A DNA stretch of 64,000 nt from Flaccisagitta enflata (taxonomy: Eukaryota), in contig OZ231126.1 of the NCBI GenBank assembly GCA_965153355.1, forward strand, positions 26,164,001-26,228,000. Reading direction: 5' to 3'. Below, in pieces: positions 1 to 15,792 of the stretch. The stretch's first letter is position 1. Each line of letters begins with the position of its first letter. Below the pieces are notes generated by a model. The model saw only the letters and a list, made by a program, of their open reading frames with translations. It ran no database searches and was not told the origin of the DNA. The position numbers and the translations under genes are program-made.

Positions 1-122
1 TTTATCTGATTCGAGGGGCTTCATGGGTTTCTATGGGTTCTATGGGGCTGAACCGCCGTTCCCATTATGGCTCTCCAGGAAAGATGATGGCACCAGGACC
101 ATAAAAACGCCGCTGCTAACAG
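1..122 (-). other. Candidate exon of a minus-strand gene (possibly 5'UTR with CDS start ATG at 24, MKPLESDK..., leaving the window)
   Basis: Minus strand reads (CT)n-CATTCTCTTTCCCACATCAG|CTGTTAG, a pyrimidine tract plus CAG acceptor at 123-125. All three frames from the acceptor hit stops; ATG at 24-22 stays open to the window edge. No homology recognised. Confidence 0.25.
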
Positions 123-138
123 CTGATGTGGGAAAGAG

Positions 139-174
<36 letters not shown>

Positions 175-1105
175 AAAAAGAGCAATGGGAATGATAAAGC
201 TTGTGCCCCAAGATTGAGTGTGAAAGCAGCTGTTAACATTCAATTTCTCTCCGATAAATCTTCATTATGATTCCATCATTTGCTGCGCCGAGGCCGAGAA
301 ATGGGAAAAAGAGGAAGGAGAAGAAGAAGAAGAAGAAGAAGAAGAAGAAGAAGAAGAAGAAGAAGAAGAAGAAGAAGAAGGAAATAAGAGAAAGAAAAAG
401 AAAAAGAAAAGAAAAAGAAGAAAAAGGTAAAAAGAGAGTAGAAAATAGTCGCAAAAACAATATTTTCTTAAAACAAATGCCAAGAAATAGGTTGCGCGTA
501 CAACTTGATGGGATAGGAAGGTGGATCCCTCATAGAGTGTTTATTAGGTTGACAGTCGGATATTATTCTATCGCGACGCGTTAACTAATTGTGAATATTG
601 GCAAATTATTTCCATCCGCAGAATGTCCAAATTCCATGAGATTGAATTTGGCTTGCTCTCTCTTTCTCCATCATTTAACGATGAGATGAAAAGGAGTTAA
701 AGGAGTGAAAAAAATGTTGGAAATTGTGAAAGAAAACTTAGGAACTCGGAGTCAGTAATGATTTTCCTCCCCTTGCTCGAGGCTCTGTGACTTTTTTCCC
801 AACGTTGCGATGACTCTTTGTGAACTGTATTTTATGACACGGTTCTGTTGGCATGACGGCCTTTCCACTATCACTCACAAAAATTCTAATACCCTTTCAA
901 TTTTAAAACTTTTAAGAAATAATGAACGATTATTTCTAGCTACTTCTTACTGCCGTATTCAATCATTCAAACATTATTGTAGGTTTCACCGTATTCTATC
1001 ATATAATCGATCGACCAAGCGAAGTCCTCCCAAGCGATTGCTTCCTCCCCTAACCACATCTTTAAGAGACAGATCTTCGTACCAGATTGATCGTATCTTT
1101 CTCAC

Positions 1106-1400
1106 CTTGTCAGTCCCTTCATTCATGACAAAAAGCGCCATCTCCTCCTTTGTTTTTTGTTTTTTTTTTTCTACAGCGCCACTTGCGGCGCTTTTTTCCT
1201 CTCGTGTAAGAATGGCCGGCTTTCTGCTATTTTGTTTTGACCTCGTTTCACGGCGTCGACAAAAGAGCAAAGGAGAAGAAAAGTCGGAGATAAATCGTCT
1301 CCGCGTGGCGCTACGAGTCCGGTCACGACTTCGCTCTACGACCGCTTTCTACGACCACTTCTTCTCACGCCGAGTCTCTATTACCAGTCCATTAACCAAG
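1106..1400 (-). other. Candidate first/5' exon with short ORF start MALFVMNEGTDK (1141-1106) and splice donor
   Basis: Minus strand GGAGGAG ATG GCG ... GAC AAG|GTGAGA gives a good phase-0 donor. CpG-rich non-repetitive sequence lies at 1200-1400. The upstream boundary is unknown. Confidence 0.3.
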
Positions 1401-1532
1401 ACCAACGAGGGGCTTGGGAAAGAAGCCAGGCGAGAACTAGCGAGGATGGGTGAGGGAGCTATTCAGGGCAGATAGGTGGGGGTGAGGAAAAGAAGGAGGA
1501 AAGAGGGTTTTTTTTACATTGTGGGGTGGTAG

Positions 1533-1617
1533 TGGTGGTGGTGGTGGTGGTGGTGGTGGTGGTGGTGGTGGTGGTGGTGGTGGTGATGGTGGTGGTGGTG
1601 GTGGTGATGATGGTGGT
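1533..1617. repeat. (GGT)n microsatellite
   Basis: Direct reading; explains the poly-His/poly-Gly ORFs. Confidence 0.97.
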
Positions 1618-2196
1618 TTTGAAGCTTCAGTTCAACTCTGTCGTACAGAAATGAAAGGTGGAAATGAAAGAGGAAGAGGAAAGGCAACAATCTTGGCTTT
1701 AGGAAAGGTATATTACAAAAAACAAGGGTAGGGAGTCGTGAATGTCCTGTACACTGTACAGATGCAGCTGACCAGCAGCTGACAAGAAAAATAGAGATAA
1801 AATGTAGCTCTTGAGTCAAAATATGGTGACACGCTAACTTAGATCGAAAATGTACATGAAGAAATTTTACTACAAAGAAGCTAGCACAAAGGAAACTAGA
1901 TGGATGTTTCAAAACCTTAATGGAAACTGTGTATATTCTAACTCTTCCTTTTGCTCCCTTCTCTAAACAAGCCAATGACAAATGACAACCATAATGAACC
2001 ATTTAACTCTTCAACCTTTCCATTCTCCACAGTCGATCGATTGAGAGTTGGCTTTACCCCGACCAAACAACGTAAATGCGTAAATAATCGAAAGATGCTC
2101 GAATTTTTACGAGGGGCTCGTTAACAGCAGAACGCCTCGTATGCCCGCGATGGGACAAATGTCCTTTTGGTTATCTCTTGATTCACACCTCATTGC

Positions 2197-2337
<141 letters not shown>

Positions 2338-2718
2338 TCATTTGCATAATGTAGTTTGTTAGTTTTGATATTTGTTTTCAAATATCTAATCAAAATTACA
2401 TTTGTATGAAATATAGGGATAAAACTTGAACCGCTAGTCAAATTCGCCTCTTTAATTTTGTTATCATTTAATAGTTCAACTCTTAAACATGTTTTTCCTT
2501 CTGTTCATCCAAGTTAAGAAAGTTTTTCGTCTATGCCATTGATTTAAACAAAATATCTGATCTTTCCTTTATACATCTTTCCTTACATATCATATCTGAA
2601 ATATTTCAGTGGGCCCCTACCAGTTGTACTCAATTGGGTAAATTGGAGCCATTGCAGCCATGACGACTCCGGCACTTAATGCAACAAAGTGATTGATTAG
2701 TCATAAGTCGTTCAACTA

Positions 2719-3315
2719 CAGTACGATGGGAGCAATGACGACCTAGACTGGAGGATAGATTTTAGGTATCCTAATTTCATTTGTATCATAAAATATTTGA
2801 GATTTAATTTAATTAAAGGTTGCTCTATTGAGTGAAAATGGTTGCGTCTCTCAAACTTCAACTTGCAACTTGACCTCATCAAGACTTTATTTTTTGAAGT
2901 TCTAACCTATTTTAATAAATGGGGTGGAAAATTATATATCGTTTTGAAAAAAAAAATCAGCTCAATCGGTCCATTTTTTAAGTTTTGTGGCCATTTTAAG
3001 TTTTGCCCAAAAACTAATTTGCATAACTTTTGTTCATTAAAGATAGCCGTAAAACCTGTAAAAATGGTCCAATTGAGCTGATTTCTTTTTCAATATTATA
3101 AAAATTTTTTTGTTTGATTTAATGAAATAGGTTAGAACCTTGAAAAATTAATTCTTGATGAGGTCAAGTCACAAGTTGAAGTTTAAAAGACGCAAATGTA
3201 TTCACTCAATAAAGCAACTTTTAATTATCGTAGATCTCAAATATTTTATGATACAAATAAAGTTAGGATACCTAAAATCTATCCAGTCTAGGTCGTCATT
3301 GCTCCCATCGTACTG
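2719..3315. mobile_element. Foldback MITE, Tc1/mariner-type (TA TSD)
   Basis: TA|CAGTACGATGGGAGCAATGACGACCTAGACTGGA ... TCCAGTCTAGGTCGTCATTGCTCCCATCGTACTG|TA. The outer 34 bp are a perfect TIR and imperfect inverted similarity continues about 260 bp inward. Confidence 0.9.
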
Positions 3316-3548
3316 TAGGTACTTTGAAAAAATGTCTAGCTGCTCTTATCAAGGCCCATCACAGACCAAAAAGCCTTAAAGGACCTTCGAATGCTGAGAG
3401 AAAAAGAGAAAAGGGAGACCTTGGGAGAGACAAAGAAGACAGGGAGAAACAGAAAGAGACAAAGAGACTTTGAAGGTGACAGAGGCAGAAAAATAGAAAA
3501 AGACCAAGAAAGACGCTGAGAATAGGACGAGAAGTGAGGTGGAGACAA

Positions 3549-3763
3549 AACAAGGCTGGATACACGGCTACCCCAGTCGCGTGCGGGTGGGCAGGGGCCG
3601 TAATTTAGGTCAATGCATCAGTTGGGCAGGAGACCAGAGATCGCAAAAACCCAAAAAAAGTAAAGTGTGACAGACCGACGGAACAACGGACCGACGGACC
3701 GACGGACCGACGGACCGACGGACCAACAAAGCGGGGTGTAGAGTCGCGTAGCACGCGACTGAA
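3549..3763 (-). mobile_element. HINE/DINE-1-like element, family A
   Basis: On + it reads AACAAGGCTGGATACACGGCTACCCCAGTCGCGTG ... (GGACCGAC)n ... AGAGTCGCGTAGCACGCGACT-AAAA: terminal hairpin, subTIR, microsatellite, no TSD, A/T-run flanks. Confidence 0.8.
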
Positions 3764-4903
3764 AATAGTCGGATGTCATCTTAAATGAATCTCGACGTGT
3801 CTCTATTCCTTTTCAATGCTGCTGATGAGCACTCCATCAATCATTTACTTTTAGTAGTTGGAAAATGAAGACATGACGCTCTTTAGCCCCGATCCTCAAC
3901 TGACTTTTTTTCTCCTTTCCTTTCTTTTAACTTTTTGACATTTTTAAAGAATTGCCACGGGAAAAATGGGATATAAATTGCTTTCGCCACCAAACTGGTA
4001 TCAGTCCACGTTCTCGGGCCAGCTGTCCATCTTTTTTTTTCAGACAACATTTTTTTTTCTCTTTAGTCTGGCGATTTTTTTTCTCTCCTTGAGCTTCCTT
4101 TCTTTGTATTCTTTGTGTGTTTCGGTCAACTTGTTTTTCATTACTTCTATTTGCATAGAATTTCTTTTAAGAAGTGTAAATTTTTTGACAAATTCGTTTC
4201 AAAACATTCTCTTAAGTCTTTTTAGCAATTGGAACCCCACGTGTTAAACCAGCTTTTGGGCGACTCCGTCCCACGAAGCTACGATGAGTATTTAAATTGA
4301 TTTAATGTCAATCTGACATTTCGATGATAAATGTGGTTTCATTAGCGGTTGGTCTGCTGACACCTTTTAAAGGGGTCGTTCAAATGCAAAAAAAAAAAAG
4401 TGTTTTTTTTTCTTCTCACACATGTTTTACTAGGTCCCTTGCTTGCCAGTTTGCAGTTCCACTGCTCATTTGATTCCTGCTATACTTGTCGTGTGAACAA
4501 TTATAAACATCATATATGAGTGTGGATTTAATAGGGCTAAACAAATTCACACCCTTTCGTAAAGCTCCCCAATTGTCGGAATGGGAAATTGTAGGAATAA
4601 CATGAAAATCATTAAAGGAATAAATGATTTGAGCATCGAGTATGCCTGGAAAGCAAGGTTGCTCCAGCAGGGAACAATTTACATCTGTTAATTACCCCTC
4701 TGTTGTAATTGGAGGTGAAAGATCAGAAACTTCATGCCAAGTGTGAGAATGCCTGTCAATGTGAACGCTCTCTTGTTTGAATATGAGTTACTACGAGCCT
4801 CGAGTGAGAAAACAACTGCACAAAGACACTTCAATAAAGAGACTTTGGTTGTGTGGCGTTTTCATTCCGTTTCGTTCATTTTTTTTCTTTCTTTCAATCT
4901 TTG

Positions 4904-5161
<258 letters not shown>

Positions 5162-5291
5162 TTTTTCCTTTTTTTTTTGAGAGAGAGATGATTTGTTGAA
5201 TTACAATTTTTATAGGTTCTAAACAGCTTCATGGGGTTCTTATCTTTGTATGAGTAAATAGAGGCATATTACTAGAAATTGAGAACGATTG

Positions 5292-5796
<505 letters not shown>

Positions 5797-5885
5797 GTTC
5801 CCTTTTGTATTTGACTCTGACTCTATCTCTCTCGCAATTCTGTACCGGCAGTCTTTCGCTCGTCATCATCGCCGCTCATCTGAAT

Positions 5886-5950
5886 CCAATGACGGCAAGT
5901 CCCCAATCACGTGACCAATCACGTGACAAGAAGACCGATTTCCAACCAAT
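5886..5950. promoter_or_regulatory. Candidate CCAAT/E-box cluster
   Basis: Tandem CCAATCACGTGA x2 (5903-5926) plus CCAAT at 5886 and 5946. Confidence 0.3.
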
Positions 5951-6100
5951 CATAGCCTGACTTTGGTCACTTCTTCTTCCTCATTTTCTCCTCCGATCTT
6001 TAGAAATTCGACTGTATACAGCATGACCCTTTTGCTGACTTTTGGTTGCTGCCCCCATTTTGAGATGCAGTCAATAAGACCAACCACAGAAACATAGAAA

Positions 6101-6157
<57 letters not shown>

Positions 6158-6391
6158 AAACATGTATAAAGAAAACACACACATTCCTTTGGGAATATTT
6201 TTTAATTTCAATTTTACTATTGTTGCAATAAGAATGTTCCTATATTAGCGAAGTTCTGTTAGATACACATCAATCTTTGTGTCACTGATTTCGTCTTTCA
6301 ATTAGTCAAAAAATTGGTCTTTCATTCTATTGGTCCTAAACTTTTCTCAGTTGCATCACATTCTCTGGCAAACCGCAAATTACCATTAGGG

Positions 6392-7312
6392 CAGGGGTGT
6401 ATATTATTGAGTCGCTTTTGATTTCCCCCCCCCCCCTGCCTTTGTTTTTGTTCCCCGTGACGCGTCGCGTCATGTTTTTATATCCATGACTTTCTTCCCC
6501 ATATAGCAATAAAACTATGTAGTAAAGGTTTAAATAGTGCTAAATTGTGTTTTACTAATTGAGTTTTATGATTGGTATTGTCAAAAGGTATATTTTCTCC
6601 AAATTTCCCTTTTGGGCAGCGACGAAGGGACGAAGTCTGTAGAACACAGGGGACTTTGTTGTCCGTCCGTTTGTCCGTTATTCAGTCCGTTCGTCCGTTC
6701 GTTAGTCCCCCCCTTCATCAGACCCCTCATGCCTCAAATCCAGCCTCTCAGGCCTCAAATCCAGCTTCTCAGGCCTTAAATCCAGCCTCTAAGGCCTCAA
6801 ATCCAAATTCTCAGGCCTCAAACCTGGCCTCTCATGCCTCAAATTAGGCCTCTCAGGCCTCAAACCAGCCATCTAACCCTCCATTTATTGCTCTTAGGCT
6901 TCAAATCAGTCCTCTGGCCTTTCAAGCCTTAATCAGCTCTCTCAAGCCTCAAGTCTGCCCTTTCAAGCTTCCAATCGGCATTCTCAGACCTTATATCAGC
7001 CTTCTTAGACCTCAGTTTAGGCCCTTGAATGCCTTCAGTCAGCCTTCTATAGCATCTCATCAACTTCTTCAGGTAGGACGAACAAAAGTCCCCCTGTGTT
7101 CTACAGGACTTCGTCCCCTTTGGGGCCACTGCCCTGCTTCCTCTCACTCCAGTTCACAATCACTCAAAGCAGGGCGGGTATCGCTGACCACATATTGCCC
7201 TTGGGCGACCTGTTTCTCTCTTTTCCCCTTTTGATTTCTTTCCCCATCTCCAGACTCTTTGATTTTTTTCCCCCCCACGGGGGGGGGGGGGACTCAAGAA
7301 TATACAGGCCTG
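6392..7312. mobile_element. hAT-type MITE (family C) interrupted by a family B element
   Basis: TIR CAGGGGTGTATATT / AATATACAGGCCTG with exact 8-bp TSD CATTAGGG (6384-6391, 7313-7320). Homologous to the uninterrupted copy at 40337-40657. Confidence 0.92.
6611..7214 (+). mobile_element. Family B foldback-plus-tail element (HINE/pearl-like)
   Basis: TTTGGGCAGCG...GTAGAACACAGGGG is inverted at about 7085-7134. It has a GTCC microsatellite, a 21-bp tandem core (CAGCCTCTCAGGCCTCAAATC) and a tail with GTATCGCTGACCA. Inserted in a T-run of the hAT MITE. Confidence 0.8.
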
Positions 7313-7497
7313 CATTAGGGTTATATTCTGGTCAAAAAGTCAAAATCTTGCCTGATTTGAATTTTTAGTTATAAGTACTATCTAGGGACTAAATACACGG
7401 ACACCTGAAAAGGGTGTATCTTCAAAGTGAGTCCAGCTACAATAACAAGGTTTAGTTGGTCCCATTTCAAAGAGTTGTTTAAGCTTTTTTGAATACA

Positions 7498-9213
<1,716 letters not shown>

Positions 9214-9896
9214 GTTTGGGTGTGGATGGGGTTTGGACGCTCCTGCCCACCCGTCCGCAACGATATTGTGACCCTGCGTCACTTGTTTCCCGCTGTCTTC
9301 CTCTCAATCTAATTCATGCAACAACAAACTGCTCGAGTTTTTTTAACATGAAAAGAAAAAGACAAAAATGTTGTTCCGATCTAAGATTTCCATTGGTGAA
9401 TCAGATTAAACAAAGCTCACTTGTCACTAACATTTAGTTGACTTCATGTCCAAACCCAGAACATTTTAGGAAATGATGGAACTTATTTCCCTAAAGAGAA
9501 GGCATGAATAAGAATTGGTATCATAAATATTTGTACACAAGCGCACGATTTCATTGAAAAAGAGAAAAAAGAAAAAATACTCCCATGAACATGAAAAAAG
9601 GAAGAATTTAGTCAGTCAGCGATACACTCTCAAAGACGTTCAACTTCTCCTTGTCGCTCATTAATCAACTTCAACCGTGCGATGACGTGATGGGGTGACG
9701 GCGGAGGACATCCACGACGACGATGACGACGACGACGACGACGACGACGACGATGCTGGAACCGAGTTCTAGAAACGACCTGGAGGCGTAGCCGCGTTTA
9801 CTGATTGAGCCAACGACGAGGACGAAAAAAGAGGAAGGAGAAAAATTAAATTGTTGTTTTCTATTTGAGCGGGAAAGAAAAGGTTTGAGGGGGAAA

Positions 9897-9950
<54 letters not shown>

Positions 9951-9951
<1 letters not shown>

Positions 9952-10814
9952 TTAAAGAAGGTTGTTTCAGGAGGAATAGTGTCTCAGTTTCTAGCTTTGA
10001 TTGGTATATGAGGATCATGAGAATGTGCCTAGATGGATATGGTCACCTTCGTCCCGCTATATTCATCAGCATATCTCATTTTTAGAAAGAAAAAGGTGAT
10101 ACTGTTTCAAATGTGACATAATTTTTCTGAAATTCAATGATAATTCTCAGTTGGATTTTCTATAAGGAAAGTTAAAGGATAGTTGTGATGGGTCCGGATT
10201 AAACACCATTGAGAGCTCCAAAGGCTCTCATCCTTTGTTAAGTAAGTGGTAGAGTAGTGATATTGTCCATCTTTCATATATTATAGTACCTTGGTACAAA
10301 ATTCCGGCGGTCCCGTAATAAGGTTGATCCTCGATTCTTACCTTTAAGGATAAGTTTTTCTGACAACGTTACCTTTGATAATATAATTGTGGTTTGGTAA
10401 TTTGTTTTTCTTAAAAACATGGAATGCAACATCTACTTGTCTAAGTATTTGGGGTTGACTTAGAATTTTTAAAGAAGGTTGTTTCAGGAGGAATAGTGTC
10501 TCAGTTTCTAGCTTTGATTGGTATATGAGGATCATGAGAATGTGCCCAGATGGATATGGTCACCTTCGTCCCGCCATATTTATCAAGTGTATTCTTGTTG
10601 TCAGCATATCTCATTTTTAGAAAGAAAAAGGTGATACTGTTTCAAATGTGACATAATTTTTCTGAAATTCTATGATAATTCTCAGTTGGATTTTCTATAA
10701 GGAAAGTTAAAGGATAGTTGTGATGGGTCCGGATTAAACACCATTGAGAGCTCCAAAGGCTCTCATCCTTTGTTAAGTAAGTGGTAGAGTAGTGATATTG
10801 TCCATCTTTCATAT
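9951..10814. repeat. Family D copies 2 (9951-10279, truncated) and 3 (10322-10814)
   Basis: TTTAAAGAAGGTTGTTTCAGG...TGTCCATCTTTCATA is near-identical at 9951 and 10468, differing by one short indel. Confidence 0.88.
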
Positions 10815-10883
10815 ACAAATTATATGGAGAACTAGATGATGATAGGAAGATTAGTAAAGAAGTCTCTCACACACACACACACA

Positions 10884-10928
<45 letters not shown>

Positions 10929-11201
10929 ACTCACACACACACATTGAGACAAACCAAGACAAAGACATAGGGGCATTGAGTCATAGTTACATGGTTACTT
11001 ATAGACGAATAAAGAGAAAAGATAAAAAAAGGAGCTATGCAAATAAGCTGACAGGCTGAGATAAAATCAAAAACAGATTCTGACATGTAGTTTGGAATTT
11101 CCTACAGAACAAACCATCAGATGTATGAAGAGACAAAGATAAGAAAAGGGCAAATTGGCAGCAACCAAAAGTAAAGTGGAGGAGAGAGAAGAATAAAAGA
11201 A

Positions 11202-11404
11202 AACAAGGCCGGATACACGGCTACCGAAGTCGCGTGCGGGTGGGCAGGGGCCATATTTGAGGTCACCAGACCATTTGGGCAGGAGCAGGGAGGTCAAAGT
11301 AAAAAATCATAAAAAAAGTAAAGTGTGAATGACCAACTGACCAACCGACCGACCAACCGACCGACGGACAAAGCGGGTTTTAGAGTCGCGTGCACGCGAC
11401 TAAA
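11202..11404 (-). mobile_element. HINE/DINE-1-like element, family A
   Basis: AACAAGGCCGGATACACGGCTACCGAAGTCGCGTGCGGGTGGGCAGGGG ... (GACC)n ... AGAGTCGCGTGCACGCGACTAAAA. Confidence 0.82.
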
Positions 11405-11589
11405 AATGGAATGAATGAAATGAAGAAAGAGGATGAGGGAGAAAGTGAGAAAAAGAGAAACAAACAATCAAACAGACAAACAAACAAAAAATGAAAGAAA
11501 CAATCAAAGAAGGAAAGAAGAAATAGAAGATAGATTGTTGAAAAAAAGAAAGTAGAAAAGAAAGAGAGAAAGACTGAAAAAAAAGAAAG

Positions 11590-11936
11590 AAAGGAAGAAA
11601 AAAGAAAGAAAGGGAAAGAAAGAAAGAAAGAAAGCAGGGAAGAAAGAAAGTAATAAAGTAAGAAAGAAAGAAAGAAAGAAAGATAGAAAGATAGAAAGAT
11701 AGAAAGATAGAAAGATAGAAAGAAAGAAAGAAAGAAAAAGAGAAAGACGCTGGTCGAGAAAAGAATCGTGAACAGATACTCCTTCTAACTGTCACTCACT
11801 CAAATAAACAAAACAGAAAATATCAGCTCCTGAAGAGAAAGGCAAATGGAAAAGTCTGTCAGACGGTGAGGTAAATATATGAACAATGTCCGAGAGAAAA
11901 AAAGAAACAGAAAGAAATAAAGAAAGAAAGAAAGAT

Positions 11937-11983
<47 letters not shown>

Positions 11984-11995
11984 AAAAAGAAACAG
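11590..11995. repeat. Degenerate (GAAA)n/(GATA) tracts
   Basis: Direct reading. Confidence 0.9.
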
Positions 11996-12674
11996 AAAGA
12001 AAGAAAGAGAGTAAGAGAAGAGAAAAGGGAGAGATAGCATAAAAGAAAGATAAAATACAAAAGAAAAGAAAAAGAAAGGAAATATGATGAAGGCAAGCCT
12101 CCAATGTTTAAACACTCAACATTGGATATCACATTGAGAAAGTTGTTATCAGTCGTAGTGATCGCCACAAGAGTAGAGTCATCATGTCAACAAGCCTCTT
12201 CACAACCAAAACACGACGTCTGCTCCGCCTTATTGGTCATAAAAAAGATCATCGCATCAGTACAACCGTCTGTCAGTACAAGCGTCTGTCTCTCCATTTT
12301 GCAGTTGATCCATAAGCTAAATATACAGTACAAACATCTTGCTGATGTATCTGATACTATCATTAATACTATTAGTAATAGTCAAAACGGATCTGCCAGT
12401 AGTGAACATCCTTTCTATCTAAGTTACAGATAAGGTTTGTTCTTTAAAAACAATTTTGAAAAAAAATTGCGTTCTTTGAAATTTGCTATTGCGTGCAAAA
12501 GCTTACTGTATATTGTCAGGCCATTGTTAGTGTGCATTTATCAAATAGATATGTATTATCCGTCCCCGCAGTAGGTGCATCGCCGTCTTTTGGTATGTTT
12601 GTTGACTTAAGCTTGATGTGTGTCTCACTTGATTAGTTAACCCAATCGTCTCAGACAAACTGATAACAAACATA

Positions 12675-13709
12675 CAGTGGACTACCGCATTTTCGTCACC
12701 TGATTTAACGACATTTCGGATTTAACAGCCAAGTTTGTTCAGGCCCAAATTTTTTTAGGTTTTTCTAATGTTAATTTTACTCGATTTAACAACACCTGAT
12801 TTAACATCCAAACCTGATTTAAAGTCACTATTTTTAAGTCCCACGGATGACCTTAACCTGATTTAGTGACATCAACCTCTTAAATAAAACTTAATTGATT
12901 ATTTTCTTTAACCTAAGATTTTGACTTTAATACCAATAAGTCTTAATATACTCTAATACAGTTGTAAAAAGAATATGTAAGGGAGATAGAATTATTTAGA
13001 ACAAGAATAATTATTTAAAACAAGAACTGAAAAACTATTCATAAAGACTTCATCTCCTGTCTCCACACTCTTTTATAGTTTATGCTTCTGCCTCTAATGA
13101 TGATTCTCAAAGCGAAAGTCAAAAATCTAAGCAAAATTGTTTTTTGCAAACTTGCACTGTAAATGCTTAACTTTTCGGTACAAAAATAAACCTTGAATCA
13201 AACATGAAATCATTTTACAAAAATGTTGCCATATCATGGACTGAGAGGTTTTTTTAATCAATTTTGTTCGAAACAATTTTACATAAAAATCATTATATGT
13301 GATATCCTATAACATACAAATTTTTTTTCACTATATATAATATTCTTTAAATTATAAATTCTTTTCTTATGAAAAATTAGGAGTGGTGTGTGTATTAACT
13401 GGTCAGTGAGGGTTCACAAGGCCTCTTCCATTTACCCTTGTTAGATAAAGTAAGGGATATTGTTCCACTTATCATATAAATATGTTATACTAATACTAAA
13501 AGAGGCTATCTTTTAGCTTTTGTGATAGTTTGTTGGCCAGTTGTATAAAGATTATGGTGATTGCACGTACAAACATATGAAAGCAAGAAAACATATTTCA
13601 AAGCTATCTTAACTGAATGCTAAAAACTATAAATTCTATATAACAACACTCGGATTTAACGACCAAAATTCCCCAGTCCCTTCAAGGTCGTTAAATCGGG
13701 TTCCCACTG
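12675..13709. mobile_element. Non-autonomous pogo/Tigger-like DNA transposon
   Basis: TA|CAGTGG ... CCACTG|TA, with repeated subterminal GATTTAAC motifs near both ends and an inverted GTCGTTAAATCGG at the right end. AT-rich non-coding interior. Confidence 0.72.
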
Positions 13710-15199
13710 TATTGATAACCGTCTCAATTTCTGTTTGTTTGACACTTGGCCCTCACAGAATGAAAGGATCATTCTGGTATTGGCTTGTCCTGTTTACTTA
13801 ATTTGATCAAAAAATATTACATGTATTAGCTTTCATTCGGCCATTTAATATCACGATTTTTTTTTCTGAATTCATGTTTTATGACTAGTGACTGATATTT
13901 ACTTTTTTTATGATCAACGATCGTTTGTTGAGCATTCTTGTCTTTTATATCTTGTCACTTGCCACCTCAACATGACTTATACGAAGCCAGAATAAGTGAT
14001 AAGTGTATTTGTTTATAAATTCCGTGTGATTACTTTTCTTTTACATGTTTAAACAGAGTTTAGGCCAAGAGTAACTCCGACGGGGCCACTTGTTTTCGAT
14101 TTTTAAAGGCTGGTAAAACCACCTTCCCACAAGGTGTATATGATGTTCCTGAGGGGGCTAAATTTTAGTGATAACTGCCTGAAATCCTAAGGAAACTAGT
14201 GTGGTAACGTGTGGTTAACGTGGTAGAACATGAATGTGGGGTGTTTGACAGTGGGGGTCAGGGAAGAGACTAGGGTGAGCAGAGATGGGGTGGGGTGGAA
14301 TTATGAAAAAAATCGAAAATGCGGGAAAGCTTGGAAAGAGATCCTGGTGCGATTTTAGATTAAAGTTGACAAGTAAGAAAAGAAGGAAAATAAGCGGCAA
14401 GTTGGCAATTTGACACCAGCCTGACACTCTTCTTTTCTCTTTTGAGACTGACACATCTTTTCTTCTCGTCTTTTTTCACTACTACTGTTCTTTCTCTCTT
14501 CTTCTTCAACTTCTTCCTCTTCTTATTTTGCCGACGCATATAACCGGTTTTTTATTCGCTCTTTACAAGGATCTTTCTTTGTGTTGCACCTACGAGCACG
14601 TGGTTTGTCCGTCAGTCGGTTATTTCGTCAGTTGTCCATCCATTGGACTGAGGGACTGTCGACCCGCCAGTCGGCCAATCCGTTACGTCACTTCGTCGGA
14701 CTGTCGGATTCCCAATTACCAATCGCTCCACACTTTTGCCCTTAATTAAGAAAACGGTTTACATCGACGCAAAGCTATGCAGGAAATTTTACCCATAAAC
14801 GATTATGCACATGTCAAGACTCAAGTACTACAAGCACGACCATGCTTTTAGATAAACCAAAACTGACACGGTTTCTAACGCAAGCAGATAAGTTCGTTTT
14901 TGGCTCAATTTCGGACTCGAAAGCTGACGGGTTGACAGCTCCTTCACGAAAACGCCTCACAGGCAGACCACGCCCCACCGTCGCTTTTCTGCTGAATCAG
15001 GTGCTGGTGTCATCTGCAGCAATTTTGCGGCAGTTTGCAGAATTTTTTTTTTACTTAACTTGCGCTGGCGATAAGGGAGATACCGTAGATTGCAGCATCC
15101 CAAAGGATTTTTTTTGATGTTGCAGATTTTACTTGAAAAGCCACGTGGGCCATTTTGTGCCACCGCCCCGACTGACAAGATGGACAGGACCGCTTATAG

Positions 15200-15265
<66 letters not shown>

Positions 15266-15287
15266 GTGTGTGTGCGTGTGTGTGTGT

Positions 15288-15327
<40 letters not shown>
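15200..15327. repeat. (TG)n microsatellite
   Basis: Direct reading. Confidence 0.97.
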
Positions 15328-15329
<2 letters not shown>

Positions 15330-15615
15330 CATCAAATCGTAAAGCAACTCTCCAAATGTATATGCATACTCTTACGTCTAAGTATATGTCTGTAACAGAC
15401 AAACGAAACTCACTCAAAGATGCAATTTTCTGTCTCTCCGCAGAAATATGTTCGACATTCTAGCATCTGGGTCACTGCCTTTCTTTCTCTTTCACTTTTG
15501 TTATCTGCAAGAGTCTATAATACATAATCTCTCGCCAAATGATTGCCTTTCATTTTCTGTAGGAGGAAAGGTTAGACTGAATTAACCTTTCCTCGATTCG
15601 TGCGTTTTCATTCTC

Positions 15616-15792
<177 letters not shown>

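Noticed and set aside
810..1475. 221-aa plus-strand ORF
   Set aside because: No recognisable domain; it crosses T-runs, and the splice signals here favour the minus strand.
3549..3763. tRNA-derived SINE interpretation of family A
   Set aside because: No A/B boxes, cloverleaf or TSD; the hairpin, subTIR and microsatellite layout fits HINE/DINE-1.
10195..10240. Hammerhead ribozyme (Penelope pLTR) in family D, minus strand GATGA-GAGC...GCTC
   Set aside because: It lacks the CUGANGA and GAAA catalytic core.
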